A stretch of DNA of 64,000 nt from positions 5,270,001 to 5,334,000 of the forward strand of contig CM035355.1 of NCBI GenBank assembly GCA_020137815.1, written 5' to 3'. Under the pieces are notes generated by a model that was given only the letters and a program-made list of their open reading frames with translations, had not been told where the DNA came from and did not search any database. This document shows, piece after piece, positions 42,460-56,190 of the stretch (position 1 is its first letter; the number at the start of each line of letters is the position of its first letter). A program made the translations under genes and the position numbers. This stretch comes from Hormiphora californensis (taxonomy: Eukaryota; Animalia; Ctenophora).

Positions 42460-44990
42460 ACTTGGCGGTAGAGCATGAAAGACGGAAAGTACAACAGAGC
42501 ATCTTTGCGGCTCTAAGGAACGTGGGTTCTATGAGAAATATGACGGTCAATGAACTATTGCGTCGTGTGAAAGATAGTGACGCAAGTCTTGTCCGAAAAA
42601 TGACAAGGTGCTTGACAAACATACCAGGTAAAGCTGGATGCTCAGTTGGAAAAGTTTGGAGCACCGACATAGTTCTTAGACAGTATAATTGGGCATGTAC
42701 CGATTGAGAAACCGTACAAAGCAACTGTATTGAGGGATGTGACTGCCACAGTTTTGGCAAGAAGGGCCGGTAAATTCAAAAAGCGACTTTATGAAGTTCC
42801 TCGAGTATACTCAACTCCAGTTGGAGATGAACGAGAATGTAGAGTAGCTAGTTTTTATTGATATATAATAGTAGAAATGACTAAATTGTAATATAACTAC
42901 AAGACAGGCAATAGTACTGGCAGAACAATGGCGGAAGGAGCAACAAACCAGAGGACGTAAAAGATGAAGCTACCCTTCATAACATGTGTCATGTTTAATC
43001 TCGGGCCGTAATCTACTCATTCACTCGGTGGTATATCTGACGAAACCTGGGGAGCCACTCTGAATGAATGAATATCGTACTAAAAAATAATTCTATTTTG
43101 GTAAAAATCTCAATAACTTCGACTGGAATTCCCAGTAAATACCTATCTAACTGTGGGTTTATAGCCCAACCGATGGAGTGCTACCTGGTACAATACATAT
43201 TTCGTAACCTGGCAGTTTCTCTGACTGCATGTACTATGTATTAAACATTGGCCTGAATGCCAAACATGAATATGCCAGCCGTTGTTCCTCCACAACAGGC
43301 GTGATACCAGACTACTAGACCGAGCATTTTTCTTTTGCCGGTAAGACCGGTAGTACTCTGATTCAAAGTTTGGCCTTCCCCCCTCTGGAGGAGGAATGTC
43401 AATTAAATAATAAATATATTATACTCCCACGCCGAGTATGTCGATTACATATATGATTAAAATTTTCTGTTTAGATTTATCGAGAAAAATGCTCAATTGC
43501 AAGTAAATGTATTATACTCCCATGTCGAGTACGTCGATGAAATATATAATTAAAATTGTCCATTTAGATTTATGGAGCACAATGCTCAATTTCAAGTAGG
43601 ATGCAATTCCATGTTGTGGAATATCCTTCCTACGGAAGGGAAATATTTGGGCTTGCAGTTCATGGGGAAGACTCATCCTCAATTGTACATTATGTGTCAA
43701 AATATGCGACAAAGTGCGAGACGACCAATTTGGACAGTTTGTCAGACAAGAGAGTGACACCAAACGATTCTACAAGTTCACATACTCTAATATGCGCGAT
43801 CGAGCTATGTCAGACCATGAAGCTGCTGATAGAATTTTACAACGAAATGGAGAGTTGTGGTCCAGTGAAACTTTAAAATGGGTAAATGCTACCACGCCCA
43901 AGTTTCGAAGCAGGACCATACGGGAAATTAAAGACTTAGAGAATGCCGACACAAATTCACAGATATTTTTCTGTAGGGATGAAATCAGCGACGTCATTAG
44001 AGAATATCATTACAATATAGAATATTAGTCTTGCAAGTTGCAGCATTAACGTTAATAATTTTGTGTACTGTTTATTGGAAGCTAACCCCCCCCTTCCCAT
44101 CTCCCGTTCTAGCAATGTTCTGCTAGTGGATCAAGCAGATGGCAGTTTAGTCAGCAGAAACGATGAGCTATATGAACAGCATGCGAGAATACGATGAGAA
44201 AGTTCTTAAAATCGTGGACAATGAGACCAATGAAGTCTATGAGCACCTCAATGGAGTCAAGTGCGATGTGAACACCGTGGCCAACCTGCCGCTTTAGAAA
44301 ACAGTAGAACTGCTCTAGCGTATATATTTTTATAGCGATATCTTTTTTACGATAATATGTTTAAAAGCGGGATATTAAGTGTAAATTTGATTTGATTTGC
44401 TGTCGGAGATTATGGCTGACTGCTTGATCGGGCTACCACGCCCAAGTTTCGAAGCAGGACCCTGAGGCAAATAAATGGTAAGCCGGCCCAAAACAGGACT
44501 AGGAACAGGGTGGTGCCGTATACCCCTCCCCCGGTGCCAGTCGTACACCAAAGCTCCCCCGCCCACAACCGTCCCCTTATCGAGAACATACAATGACACA
44601 ATTGAAGATTAAAGGGCTGACTCATGTCATTTCAGCGGTGGAGACAACAAACCAGGAGCTGGAGAGCGAGGAGGAGTGGCAAGAGTATGGCCAACGGCAA
44701 ATTCACAGATATTTTTCTGTAGGGATGCAATCAGCGACGTCATTAGAGAATCTCATTACATTATAGAATATTAGTCTTGCAGCATTTTTAGGGGTGTAAT
44801 TTAGGCCGGGTGCAGGTGTCGTTCAGGGATGAACGATAAGAGTTACAATGACCGGTTCGCCGGATCGGTCAAAATATAAACGAAAAATTTGGCGTAGTTC
44901 TTGGGAATTTTCGTAAGGCCAAAAAGAAACCCCACAGTTGTTCTACCAAAACGAATTGATGCTATACAAGCCATGGCGAAAGGACTGTAA
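42460..44990 (+). mobile_element. Degenerate Helitron/Helentron Rep-helicase remnants
   Basis: Fragments in the expected order: MTVNELLRRV..MTRCLTNIPG, then RAMSDHEAADRILQ..WSSETLKWVNATTPKFRSRTIREIKDLENADTNSQIF, then FYQNELMLYKPWR. These match recalled RepHel motifs (EAxxRxL, VNTxxPxxRxR, LMLYxPWR). Confidence 0.6.
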
Positions 44991-45850
44991 GGATTGTAAA
45001 GGAAGTAAAAGTAAAGGAAGACAAATTCAGTTTCCTTTTGGGAGGGGGAGGGAATGTAGAGTATGTATGTTTCTGTGGGGAAACAGTATAAAGAGTGGTA
45101 GAACAATTGAAAATAAGATTAACGGTACATAAAAGAGTTTAGTTATTGAAATTAAGACGGGAACACACGGGCACAGTTCCAGACAAAATGAACTGAATAC
45201 GGGGAATGGTTTCCTAAGCTCTTCAACCATACAAGATAAGGAAGAAGATAAACTTCTACAGGGGGGAATGGATGGGGCTTAATGAACTGGATGAACACGC
45301 AATTTAGTTTTCTTTTCCACCAGAGCGGCCAGTCTAGGAAACGGCCTTATCTTAGTCTGTGTACAAGAGACCCGCAAAGTCTGAGTACTACTGAGTCAGA
45401 AATCGATAATGGAACACGCTACCTTGGTGATCATCTTGGTTCTACATCCTTCCGTCACATGCCCAAACTCGTTCAGGGACGGTGTGCTGAACTGGAATGC
45501 TGATAATGTGTTTGAAACTAGCATGAAGCATATTGTGCCGATATTCATGTATCAAACTAGCATGAAGCATATTTTATTTTTATTATTATTATTTTTCACT
45601 AACAGGTGAACGCCTGTAAAGCACGTATGTTTTAGCCGCTACAGTTTGTTACCAATAAATCCGTGCTTATAAACCCCTCCCTTTGGTGGCTTCGCAGGTC
45701 GGGCAGTATATGGTGTAGCGAATTATCCTAGCAGATGACCCCCTACATACATGCCCGGGTTTATTGATTGTATACATTTACATATTATTGTTGATTTTGT
45801 CTCATCAATAGGATTGTTATGTCGTAAACTCGAAAACTTAAGTTTAAGAA

Positions 45851-46848
45851 TAATTAGGGAGTATTGGTGAAAATCTTGGACAAAATTTGTAACAAGCTAA
45901 TTTCTTCACCAACTGGCTCAGATGGGTGTCTAGTAATGCCAAAAAAAAATCAATGATGATCGGGAGCGCGCACGCACCGTAGCGCGCGAAAATGCTTCAC
46001 GTGCATTTCTAGCTTAGAACAAAAAATGAAAACCAACTTAGGAAAGGAGTAGAGACAAATCTGAGGGCACTAAAATGTGTAGCGTCCTCGCATTAGTGGG
46101 GGTAGGTGCCGGAATTAAGTCTCTATCTGATCTGGTTAATTAGATAATTGGATAATTAGGTTTGTGCATAACCGTTTTTTGGCTATACGGCTATAGCCAC
46201 TTAGGAATGGTTTAGAGACTTTTCACTGGTGCCATTTTGTTCAGAACAAAATTTTAATCTAAGAGTTGTGGAAAAATTTAGGGCCTATCTCTTACCGTTT
46301 AGGCGTAATTTGCGGTGAAAGGAAGCCAATTAACTCATTTTTTCGCATTTTCGACTAATTTGGCATCCCTTCAGCGCAAATTACGCCTAAACGGTAAGAG
46401 ATAGGCCCTAAATTTTTCCACAACTCTTAGATTAAAATTTTGTTCTGAACAAAATGGCACCAGTGAAAAGTCTCTAAACCATTCCTAAGTGGCTATAGCC
46501 GTATAGCCAAAAAACGGTTATGCACAAACCTAATTATCCAATTATCTAATTAACCAGATCAGATAGAGACTTAATTCCGGCACCTACCCCCACTAATGCG
46601 AGGACGCTACACATTTTAGTGCCCTCAGATTTGTCTCTACTCCTTTCCTAAGTTGGTTTTCATTTTTTGTTCTAAGCTAGAAATGCACGTGAAGCATTTT
46701 CGCGCGCTACGGTGCGTGCGCGCTCCCGATCATCATTGATTTTTTTTTGGCATTATTAGACACCCATCTGAGCCAGTTGGTGAAGAAATTAGCTTGTTAC
46801 AAATTTTGTCCAAGATTTGGCCCTTTCATCATTAGTACTGCCTAACTA
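45851..46848. mobile_element. Foldback element with 444-bp near-perfect inverted arms (45871-46314 / 46375-46818) and 60-bp spacer; Academ-like termini
   Basis: The arms match by eye with about one mismatch. Outer ends are TAATTAGGGAGTAT / AGTACTGCCTAACTA, flanked by 3-bp GAA on both sides. Superfamily is inferred from TAG..CTA-like ends, long TIRs and the 3-bp TSD. Confidence 0.8.
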
Positions 46849-47916
46849 GAAGGGCGATAAAGTTATTGCAGATTCAATGACCGGAGAGGTTGGAAGTATC
46901 ACCTCAGATCATGAGGTTACAAGTTCTAGCTTTAAAACAGGAAAATTCCCCTCAGAATTCAAGATGCCGTCCCCAAAATCGTCGCCTTGTTCCGTTAACA
47001 GCCTAACTCCAGAGGTTGGTAGTTCTACGGATACAGATCAGCTCCCCGAACTCCCCCCGAACCCGGTAAGTTAGTACGTTCATTGCTGCATCCCCATATA
47101 GTTTAAATTTTTATTTATTTAATTATATACTATCGATACTGAAAGTACTGCTAAATTACCCAGAATTAATATAAACTATCCCTCAGTACTATACGGGGTT
47201 TTATCCGGGATCATTTGTGTCCCCCTCTTACCCTCAGCCTTATCCCTCAGCCTACGTAAGTTTATCTTGATTATGTCCTTTTCTCTCTCCCTCACAAACA
47301 CATCACTGGTTTGACCTAGCATTCTCTCTCGCCCCTAACACTTCTAAATGTGTATAGAGGCACAGCAATAGAGTTCGTTTATACTATACCCCTATTCGTC
47401 CTTTTTAATCGCCCTAATTAATATTCCTTTTTTTCTTCTCAGCCATCGGTTGTAAGAGTTCCTCCAACTCAACAACCAGTTCCACCAGAGCCTACAGTAA
47501 CAGGTCCCCAAGTGCAAGCTACAGATCCCCCAGCTAATGCCACTCCTAGACAGTACTATATAAATTGTAATGTAAGTTTCTGATTTTTAATCAAGGGACA
47601 GGGGTCTTTTTTAACCTTTTGATTGACCCCCACAACTAAACCCACTAACAAGAGAAATCGTGATACTGATATGACGCGTTGCAATCTGAAATCAATTATG
47701 GCTTGCGGTAAAAAGCAATTTCTCTTTTTCAGCATCCAATTGAGTATAATTAGTATTAGTATTGTTTAGTTTTACGAAATAATTTTTTGCGATATTGTGA
47801 TATTTAATTCCATTTTTAGTTTGATAAATCACTAACTGAACGAGTAATTTTACTGGAAGATCAGATTGCTATACTACAAACACGGATAAATTCCCTAACA
47901 GACAATAATTCAGTTA

Positions 47917-49972
47917 CAGTCGGACCCCGATTTACCGGGCCCCGATTTACCGGAACCCCGATTTACCGGGAGGATAAACTTCCCCCGAAATATTTTGGCC
48001 CATTTTCAAGGAAAATTTTAGTTTTCCAAAATTTCTAATTAGCCATGTCATGTGATCTCTTTCGAATCGTGAATAGATGCGTGACGACTAATCAGGGTGA
48101 TAGAGGTGGAGAATCACATATCATACGACATACGTTGTAAGAGGCCATAGTATCGATGCATGACCTACTCAAACTAAACGAGTGATTGTGTAAAGCGGTA
48201 GAAAATCACACAGGTACCTGCCAGGAAACGACCGAACCGGGTTTTTTTCTACCGAACCGAACCGAACCGAATTTGAAAAACTTTTTTACCGAACCGAACC
48301 GAACCGAACCGAACCGAATTTCGGTAACCGAACCGAACCGAACCATACAAAACTTTTTCTGTATACATGTTTCTCTAAAAAGTCATGGAGAGCACCGATC
48401 AAGGTATTGATAATCATTCTCTGAAATTTTGTTAAAAAATGTTTGAAAAAATTTCAAAGTCAATTTTGTGAAAAAATTTTCAAAGTCAATTTTATCGTAA
48501 ATTTTCTATGTCAATTTTTGCGTACGAATCGTGTTTCGAATCGGCAATGCTATACGGGAATGGTATTGCTGATTAGCAGGATTAAACGAACCATGAATCG
48601 TGTCTCTCTAAATTTCCTAATTAGATTTGATGGGGGATCACGTATCAGCACAATCCATCTCGGACCCACTAATTACCAACATCACTCCCGTTTAGCATTG
48701 TCGATTAGAAACACGATTCGTATACCATAATTTACTTAAAATATTTTTCACAAAAAAAATTTCACAAAATTTCAGGTAATGATTCTCAATACCTTGATCG
48801 ATGCTCTCCATGAATTTTTAGAGAAACATTTAATTTTGTGAAAAAACTTTGTAAAATATTTCAAAGTCAATTTTGTGAAAAAAATTTCAAAGTCAATTTT
48901 ATCGTAAATTTTCTATGTCAATTTTTGCGTACGAATCGTGTTTCGAATCGGCAATGCTATACGGGAATGGTATTGCTAATTAGCAGGATTAAACGAACCA
49001 TGAATCGTGTCTCTCTAAATTTCCTAATTAGATTTGATGGGGGATCACGTATCAGCACAATCCATCTCGGACCCACTAATTACCAACATCACTCCCGCTT
49101 AGCAATACCGATTCGAAACACGATTCGTACGCAAAAATTGACATAGAAAATTTTCCACAAAATTGACTTTGAAATATTTTCCAAACTTTTTTACAAAATT
49201 TCAGAGAATGATTCTTAACACCTTGATCGGTGCTCTCCATGAATTTTTTGAAAAAAAAGTTTCTGAATTTGTTGACCCTCTCATGAGGACACGATTCGAC
49301 GGGAAGTCAGGTATCAAATCAATCCATATCGAACCCGCTAACTAGCGAAATCATTTCCACATAGCACCACCGATTTGAAATAGGGTTAATACGGCGAAAT
49401 TGACATTGAAATCCATACAATTTTCGTGAAATAATTGAAAAATTTTGCATGAAAAAGCCCGATTTCTGGGCATTTTTCGACCAAAAAATTCGGTGGTTCG
49501 GCCAAAATTTCCTACCGAACCGAACCGAACCGAACCGCCCAAAAAACACCGAATTTCCGAACCGAACCGAACCGAACCGAATATTCGGTCGCTTCCTGGT
49601 ACCTGCACTCGACTCATCGAGTAAACCATTAGCCTGTACGATACGTGATCTCTAAGTCTAATGAGGTCCCAGTATCGATATCCGTCTTGTATTTGAATCG
49701 AAGATACGTGATTCCCCACCGCTACACACTTTTACCGATTGATAGTCAGACGGGTTGAATGAGTTATTGTCTAAAGTTCATTAGAGGAATTTAATAACAA
49801 TGCTGCAGCCACTGATATGCTAAGAAAAGCTTAGTGTGCCATTGAAACTGCGTATAGAGTGAAAATTACATCGAAAAAGGCTCAAAAATTCATCACCCCG
49901 ATATACCGGGCACCTCGATTTACCGGGCAAAATGGCTTCCCCCGAGGATCCCGGTAAATCGGGGTCCGACTG
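47917..49972. mobile_element. Non-autonomous Tc1/mariner-pogo-type element (interrupted by a hAT insertion)
   Basis: 23-bp perfect TIR CAGTCGGACCCCGATTTACCGGG flanked by TA on both sides, with subterminal CCCCGATTTACCGG repeats. A lone similar TIR lies at about 15602-15640. Confidence 0.9.
48222..49598. mobile_element. Non-autonomous hAT-type element
   Basis: TIR CAGGAA(A/G)CGACCGAA. 8-bp TSD GTACCTGC (48214-48221 and 49599-49606). Subterminal (ACCGA)n arrays and an internal ~420-bp duplicated self-complementary unit. Confidence 0.88.
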
Positions 49973-51583
49973 TACTTGCTTTAAATCCCATATAATACTT
50001 AATTAACCAATTTAAATATCTAGTTTTTAATATCATAGTTTCAGACATACATACATGAAAACGTTCAAAAGTAAATTTTCAGTTTACCTTGAGGATGTCA
50101 CTATCAATATAATAGTGATACAGAAAGCCGATCATTATTCGACCAACACCGGTAACATTGGTAAGTCCAGTAGTTTACGAAGCTATGCAGGCAGGTCTGG
50201 TCAATGGTCATGGCCAATGGAGCTGCATTGCGTATTGGAGTATTAGATGCTAGAGGTTTCACAATCTGCTGGCCAGGAATGTGAAGTATGCCGAAGATTT
50301 GAAAGAAGGATTAAAGATAGTTCTGAAATCAATGGCTACCCTTCTAGAGCAGGCAGGGCGGAGTGAAGCAGGCAGAGGCGCCACTAAGAGGATTCATCAG
50401 GAAGTGGAAAGAGAGGACGGGTTCACGCCGTTGCAGATGCAGCAAATGAACCAGGCAATAAAATCAAGTTGAGGAACTGGAAATGAGGCTCATAAACCGG
50501 GGTCATATTGCAGGTGGACCAACAGAAGCGAGACCGGAGGAGGCAGGACCTTCAAGGCGTTCCAGGGTACAGGAAGAGGAGGAACTTCGATTCGAAGCAC
50601 CAGAAAGGATCGAAAGGGTAGAGGAGAAGGAAGCACAAAGGATTGGGCGAGTTCGAGTTGCGGTTAGTTGAACATCTGTAACTTAGCAGGTACGAGGGGA
50701 TGGCCCAAACTAAATAAACGTTCATTCACATTCAGGAGCCGGTTCCTTACTGCTGTCAAGATCTTCAATTCCCGATCTTCTACAATAGCATCCATCTTGT
50801 ATCTGGCACATCCCAATTGTAGAGACGGCACTGGTGAGGAGATGGGAACCCCCTCCCCCTCATCACTCTAACTCTATTATCTCTATTAGCAATAAAATGG
50901 CAACAAAGTGTCACATGTGTGGGACTGGTGTGATAGTTACAAGAAATCAGGCGAGAGCCCATATAAACAGCAAGAAACACTACTTATTAAAGATATAGTC
51001 AGAAAGGTTAGCAATCTAATTATTATCTTATTATTATTGTTATTTTGTTATACATATATCTACTTTCTCTTTTCGCCCGACTTTGGATCTACTATCTGCA
51101 AATTGTATTCGTATTTAAAGCTCTATTTTAATTTTCAGTACTTCACCAGCCATGTGCGTATCCTGAACACCGATGAAAAGTTTCTACTCTGGAGCTTTGA
51201 TGTTCCGGTCATGGCTTCCAATGGAGCTGTTAGACTTTCCCTGATAACGTAATAATGAATCGAATACTGTTGTATTTTGAAAAGTGTAATAGTAATATTT
51301 CATTTAGCTGGAAATCAACGGCCTATTGATACCCTTGGGCTGGTCCCCAGCAGCATGGAATTAATTGGTATCAAGCTGCAGGATGTAAGGACAGAGAGAG
51401 GGCTAACCACTGATTTCCTTCCCTTTGTAGCCTCTGATGTCCTGTTCTCTCTTCACATCCATCCGGCTCTGGTGATCAAAATAGTGGCTTATTGCTATAT
51501 GGATATTAGTGGGTTTTGGAACGACGGTTTTAACTTATCGACCCTTTTCTTGACAATCCTTATTTAATTGATACCCACTAGAG

Positions 51584-51787
51584 ATGCTGATTGTCATGCT
51601 TCCCCTCGAGTTATTGGTCCTGGTTGTGGACCATCTGCCTTGTGAGGCACTATTCGAACTTGGGCACGTTTGCTCCTGTTTTCGACAGCTGCTGAGTGAG
51701 GATTGGGTTTGGGAGAGGGCATGCCTTCGCCAGTATGGACTTACCCTTCAAGGGCCGGCTCATTGCGGAAGGACTCACCGTACTTAG
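51584..51787 (+). pseudogene. Isolated F-box domain ORF (67 aa)
   Basis: MLPLELLVLVVDHLPCEALFELGHVCSCFRQLLSEDWVW fits the F-box consensus LPxELLxxIxxxL..L.xVCxxFxxLxxxxxxW. Confidence 0.65.
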
Positions 51788-51802
51788 ACAAATTGAAGGG
51801 CA

Positions 51803-53262
51803 CGGTTGAAAAGGCATTTTGGAAGCTACTAAACAACAGGAAGGGCTTTAAATCCTTCGATTATTGATAATATTAGTATTATTGGTTTATTATCATAGCT
51901 GATATTACGTTCATAAAAACATCACTAAGTGACATTCCACCAACACAAGAAGGAAAAGGCCGTGTTGTTAGGGAATTGGTTGAAAGAGCTTCAAAGGCGG
52001 TGAAGGAATAAATCCCGATAGCGACAACCATGTGTTGTTATACACACATTCTCCGTTTAACATACAGAGAGACTAACTACATGTGTCATTCCCTAGATGT
52101 GGGATGAGGATATCCATTTCCCAATTGGAAAGCCTTCTGCTTCCAGTGGAGCTGTTAGACTTTCTCTGATAAAGTAATAATGAATCGAATACTGTTCTAT
52201 TTTAAAAAAGGTAATAATAATATTTAATTTAGCTGGAAACAGTAGCCAGGAAAGAATCATGTCTTACAATAAATACTACTCCAGCATGGAAAATGATGGA
52301 TGCAATGGAAAGAAGGTCTTAACAAGGTATGGTGTTCCAGGACGGAACAATCGAAAATTTCAACCACCATGCACACTCTTAACAGTTAACAAAGCAGTAA
52401 TATGATTATTCAAGGCTACTGAAAAAGGAATTGATCAGACGCTGTGAGAAGGAGTTGAGGGAGCTTCACCAAATGTCATTATAAGATATATGGTCAGAAA
52501 GGTTGGCAATCTAATTATTGGTATTTTCAAAATATTGTTATTTTATTCAAATGCAGCAGGGAACCAGTTATATCCGGTGTTTCGGGATCCTATTACAGGT
52601 GAAATTGACCATCATGTGATACAGGTTAATAAACCAAGTGGAACCCTGTACGGTTGAAAAGGCATTTTGGAAGCTACTAAACAACAGGAAGGTTTTTAAA
52701 TCCTTCGATTATTGATAATATTAGTATTATTGGTTAATTATCATAGCTGATATTACGTTCATAAAAACACCACTAAGTGACATTCCACCAACACAAGAAG
52801 GAAAAGGCCGTGTTGTCAGGGAATTGGTTCAAAGAGCTTCAAAGGCGGTGAAGGAATAAATCCCGATAGCGACGACCATGTGTTGTTATACACACATTCT
52901 CCGTTTAACATACAGAAAGTACATGTGTTATTCCCTAGATGTGGGATGAGGACATAGTTTTTCCACCTGGTCAATTGGGAAGCCTTCTGCTTCCAATGGA
53001 GCTGTTAGACTTTCCCTGATAAAGTAATAATGACCCGAATACTGTTATATTTTTAAAACGGTAATAATAATGTTTAAATTAACTGGGAACAGTAGCCAGG
53101 AAAGAATCATGTCTTACAATAAATACTACTCCAGCATGGAAAATGATGGATGCAATGGAAAGAACCGTGTCTTAACAAGGTATGGTGTTCCAGGACGGAA
53201 CAATCGAAAATTACAACCAGCACTCTTAACAGTTAACAAAGCAGTAATAGGATTATTCAAGG
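51803..53262. repeat. Direct duplication of ~610 bp (about 51803-52415 and 52651-53262)
   Basis: Both copies begin CGGTTGAAAAGGCATTTTGGAAGCTACTAAACAACAGG. The sub-motif CTGTTAGACTTTCCCTGATAA also occurs near 51227 and 62239. Confidence 0.9.
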
Positions 53263-53545
53263 ATGAAACCGGGGGAAAAGCGAATCCGAGACGGAAAATG
53301 GCAGATTTGCCGGATATTGAGCACACATAGATTATAATATGATAAATACAATAATAATGACCCCGCACCAGTTGGGAACCTCCCAAGAGGAAAGGGAGAA
53401 GAAATGCAGCATTCCCTATCACTTAATGGGATCTTTTCTACCTCAATGACAGTCTGCCATTGAGGTAGAAAAGATCACACTGTGATCACACGGAAAAGAT
53501 CACACTATCCTGTTCAATTACACCAAAGATCCCTGTTTACGAGAC

Positions 53546-53735
53546 ATGGGTGAAAGATGTGAAAATCTGGTTATTGGCTTAACCAATGCCGCAAAGGAGA
53601 GAAGAGCTGCTATCCTTGTGCTCTCCACGAAGGGCAGAGCAAGGTCGATATGCAGGAATTTTTCTGGGGAGGTTTTAAAGAAAAATGACGGTGTCGACAA
53701 AGTTCTTGAAGAACTGAAGTCCGTTTTTGTCAGCA
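53546..53735 (+). pseudogene. Possible LTR-retrotransposon Gag N-terminal fragment
   Basis: LTNAAKERRAAILVLSTKGRARSIC..LKKNDGVDKVLEELKSVF resembles recalled gag N-termini. Weak evidence. Confidence 0.35.
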
Positions 53736-54783
53736 ATTGGGATCAGCGAAACTATTGGAGGCTGACCAACAGTGGAACTCCGATGTATTACCACTGCTGA
53801 AAGATTCTACGCTGACGAGCCCATGGGAAGGTGAAAAACAACCGGCTTCCAGCTACACCTGGCTGTCCGAAAGCCGGCACCTGGAAGTCCAGCCATTTAC
53901 AAGGCATTTCAGACGGGTCTGGCCATGGCCAATGGAGCTGTTCGGATTTCGCTGAATAACTACCAGGCGCAGGTGAATGATGTGTGGCGGGACTTGGATT
54001 GTCAGAGGGACTCATGTACAGTGGTGGGCCCATCCTGTGTTTAGGATTTGTCTTGTAAGGTCGAACACACACGTTGTACTGGCATCCGATACATTTCATT
54101 CCCGAAGGGAGTTCTGTACACCAAATGTACAGGCTCCATGGACCCACAGTTTATACACTCAATAGGACACAGATTACCGTTGGTGACCATATCATAGAAA
54201 ATCCCAACATTTTCACCATCAACCAGACAGTCTAGACGAATTCAGTTAACACCTCATACACACACTTCCTTACATCCAAACCTGTCGCACTTTATAAACA
54301 ATATCATTGTCATACAGAAATATATATGTGGGCTATAATAATGTCTGTTTGCGTTACGACGGGGGATTCGTATTTCGAGTACGACCCGGACATTCATTGT
54401 GTAGGTTCTTTCGTGGCTTGGAAGACCTCGAACATCACCCTAAACAACTCACAAAACGACTATGGTCATCCTTCAGCGGATTACAGACAGGACTGGCATT
54501 CGCCCGATATCGTTTGGTATGTTTTTCACCGAAAATTATTTTTTTTCACCTTTCGTTTCAATTTTTTACCTACCCGGCATTCACCCGGATTGGCTTTTTC
54601 GCACGAAGTGCAAAAAAGTCAATACATAGCAGGGTTAGAATTCTCCAAAAAACTGAGAAAGTGTCATGTTATGTCCCCGCAACGGCCATAGTTACCAACG
54701 TTGCTCCTTCATAAAAAGTAAAAACATTGGGGGTGCAACCTAATAAAAGACGGCCCTACCCGGATTTTCGGATTTGCAGGCCT

Positions 54784-56068
54784 TCAATTAATATCTGTTA
54801 TGTTTAGGGGTTTGTTTGGCCAGCAAGATCTTGAGACAGTACAGCCGGAACCATACTCTGTTACACCCAGACAGGAATCACCTCCCCACGATCTCATTAC
54901 GTATGTATTTCTTCAAGTCGGACCAAATCTCAAAAAGTGACTTTTTAAACCCGTCGGACCCTCCCCTCTGGAATACGGGCATTCAATTAATATCTGTTAT
55001 GTTTAGGGGTTCGTTTGGCCAGCAAGATCTTGAGACAGTACAGCCGGAACCATACTCTGTTAAACCCCCGGATCCGGTGAAACCCAGACAGGAATCACCT
55101 CCCCACGATCTCATTAGGTATGTATTTCTTCAAGTCGGACCAAATCTCAAAAAGTGACTTTTTAAACCCGTCGACCCCTTTGGTAACGAAGTTACCCCTC
55201 CCTTGCCGGCGCGGCGTGCGAAGCACGCCAAACGAAGGCCGCGTAGCGGCCTGAGTAGGGGTAACAAACCCGCTTTGATTCACTTCAAAAATTAATAGCT
55301 CCTCAACCACTCAATGAAAATGCACCAAATTTTGGTATTCCCCACCAAATTGTCTGAAAATTATAATTCTGTACTCATATTTAAAAAATTATCCCCGGAA
55401 CCTTGGTTTTGAAATCAGTTTTAGGTGTTAATGATGAAAAAAATTTTTGAAAAAGTAGGTCAGGTATGCTTAACATCATATCAAAGATCGTGGCAAAGTT
55501 TGAAGTTTCTATCTTGAAAGGTCTGGCCATCAAAATTAAAAAGGTCTTGAAGTTGAACCATTTGTACAAAACATGTTGTAACTCAGCTTCTACTTTGCCA
55601 AATTAAACCTGGTTTGAAACACTGAACTGCTAATCTATCCCTCCGAATACGGACGAAGTTTGAAACCGCCAGCTCTATTGGCCGCTCTGCAATACTTGTT
55701 TGTGTCAAAGAAATCAGGAAAGTAACGAGATTTGGTCTCGGTGTGGCCCTGTGCGCGGCTCAAACCCCTTAGCTAGAACTATGTAGTGTAGACTACAACT
55801 TTTCAGTGCTCAGTATAACGTTTTGGGCGCGCTATAAAAATAGGGCAAGCCCTTCTGATACCTCTAAACAGAGTGTGAGGTGTCTTCGATACCAATCGAC
55901 CCCTCCCCTCTGGAATACGGGCATTCAATTAATATCTGTTATGTTTAGGGGTTCGTTTGGCCAGCAAGATCTTGAGACAGTACAGCTGGAACCATACTCT
56001 GTTACACCCCCGGATCCGGTGAAACCCAGACAGGAATCACCTCCCCACGATCTCATTAGGTATGTATT
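54784..56068. repeat. Three copies of a ~170-220 bp repeat surrounding a triple-hairpin element (about 55178-55896)
   Basis: TTCAATTAATATCTGTTATGTTTAGGGG..CAGCAAGATCTTGAGACAG..GGAATCACCTCCCCACGATCTCATTA at about 54784, 54982 and 55924. Confidence 0.88.
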
Positions 56069-56190
56069 AGAGTTTAGACCAAAAACTAATTAAAAGGAAA
56101 AGATCCGGGCCCTTCACCTCCAATCGATACTAGGCCTTCACTTCACTTACAGTCGCTGCTTGGCTTTCCACAATAATACCTAGTTGATGC

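Noticed and set aside
48186-49719. ORFs containing TEPNRTEPN or FGSVRFG
   Set aside because: Translations of the (ACCGA)n subterminal repeats and palindromes of the hAT element.
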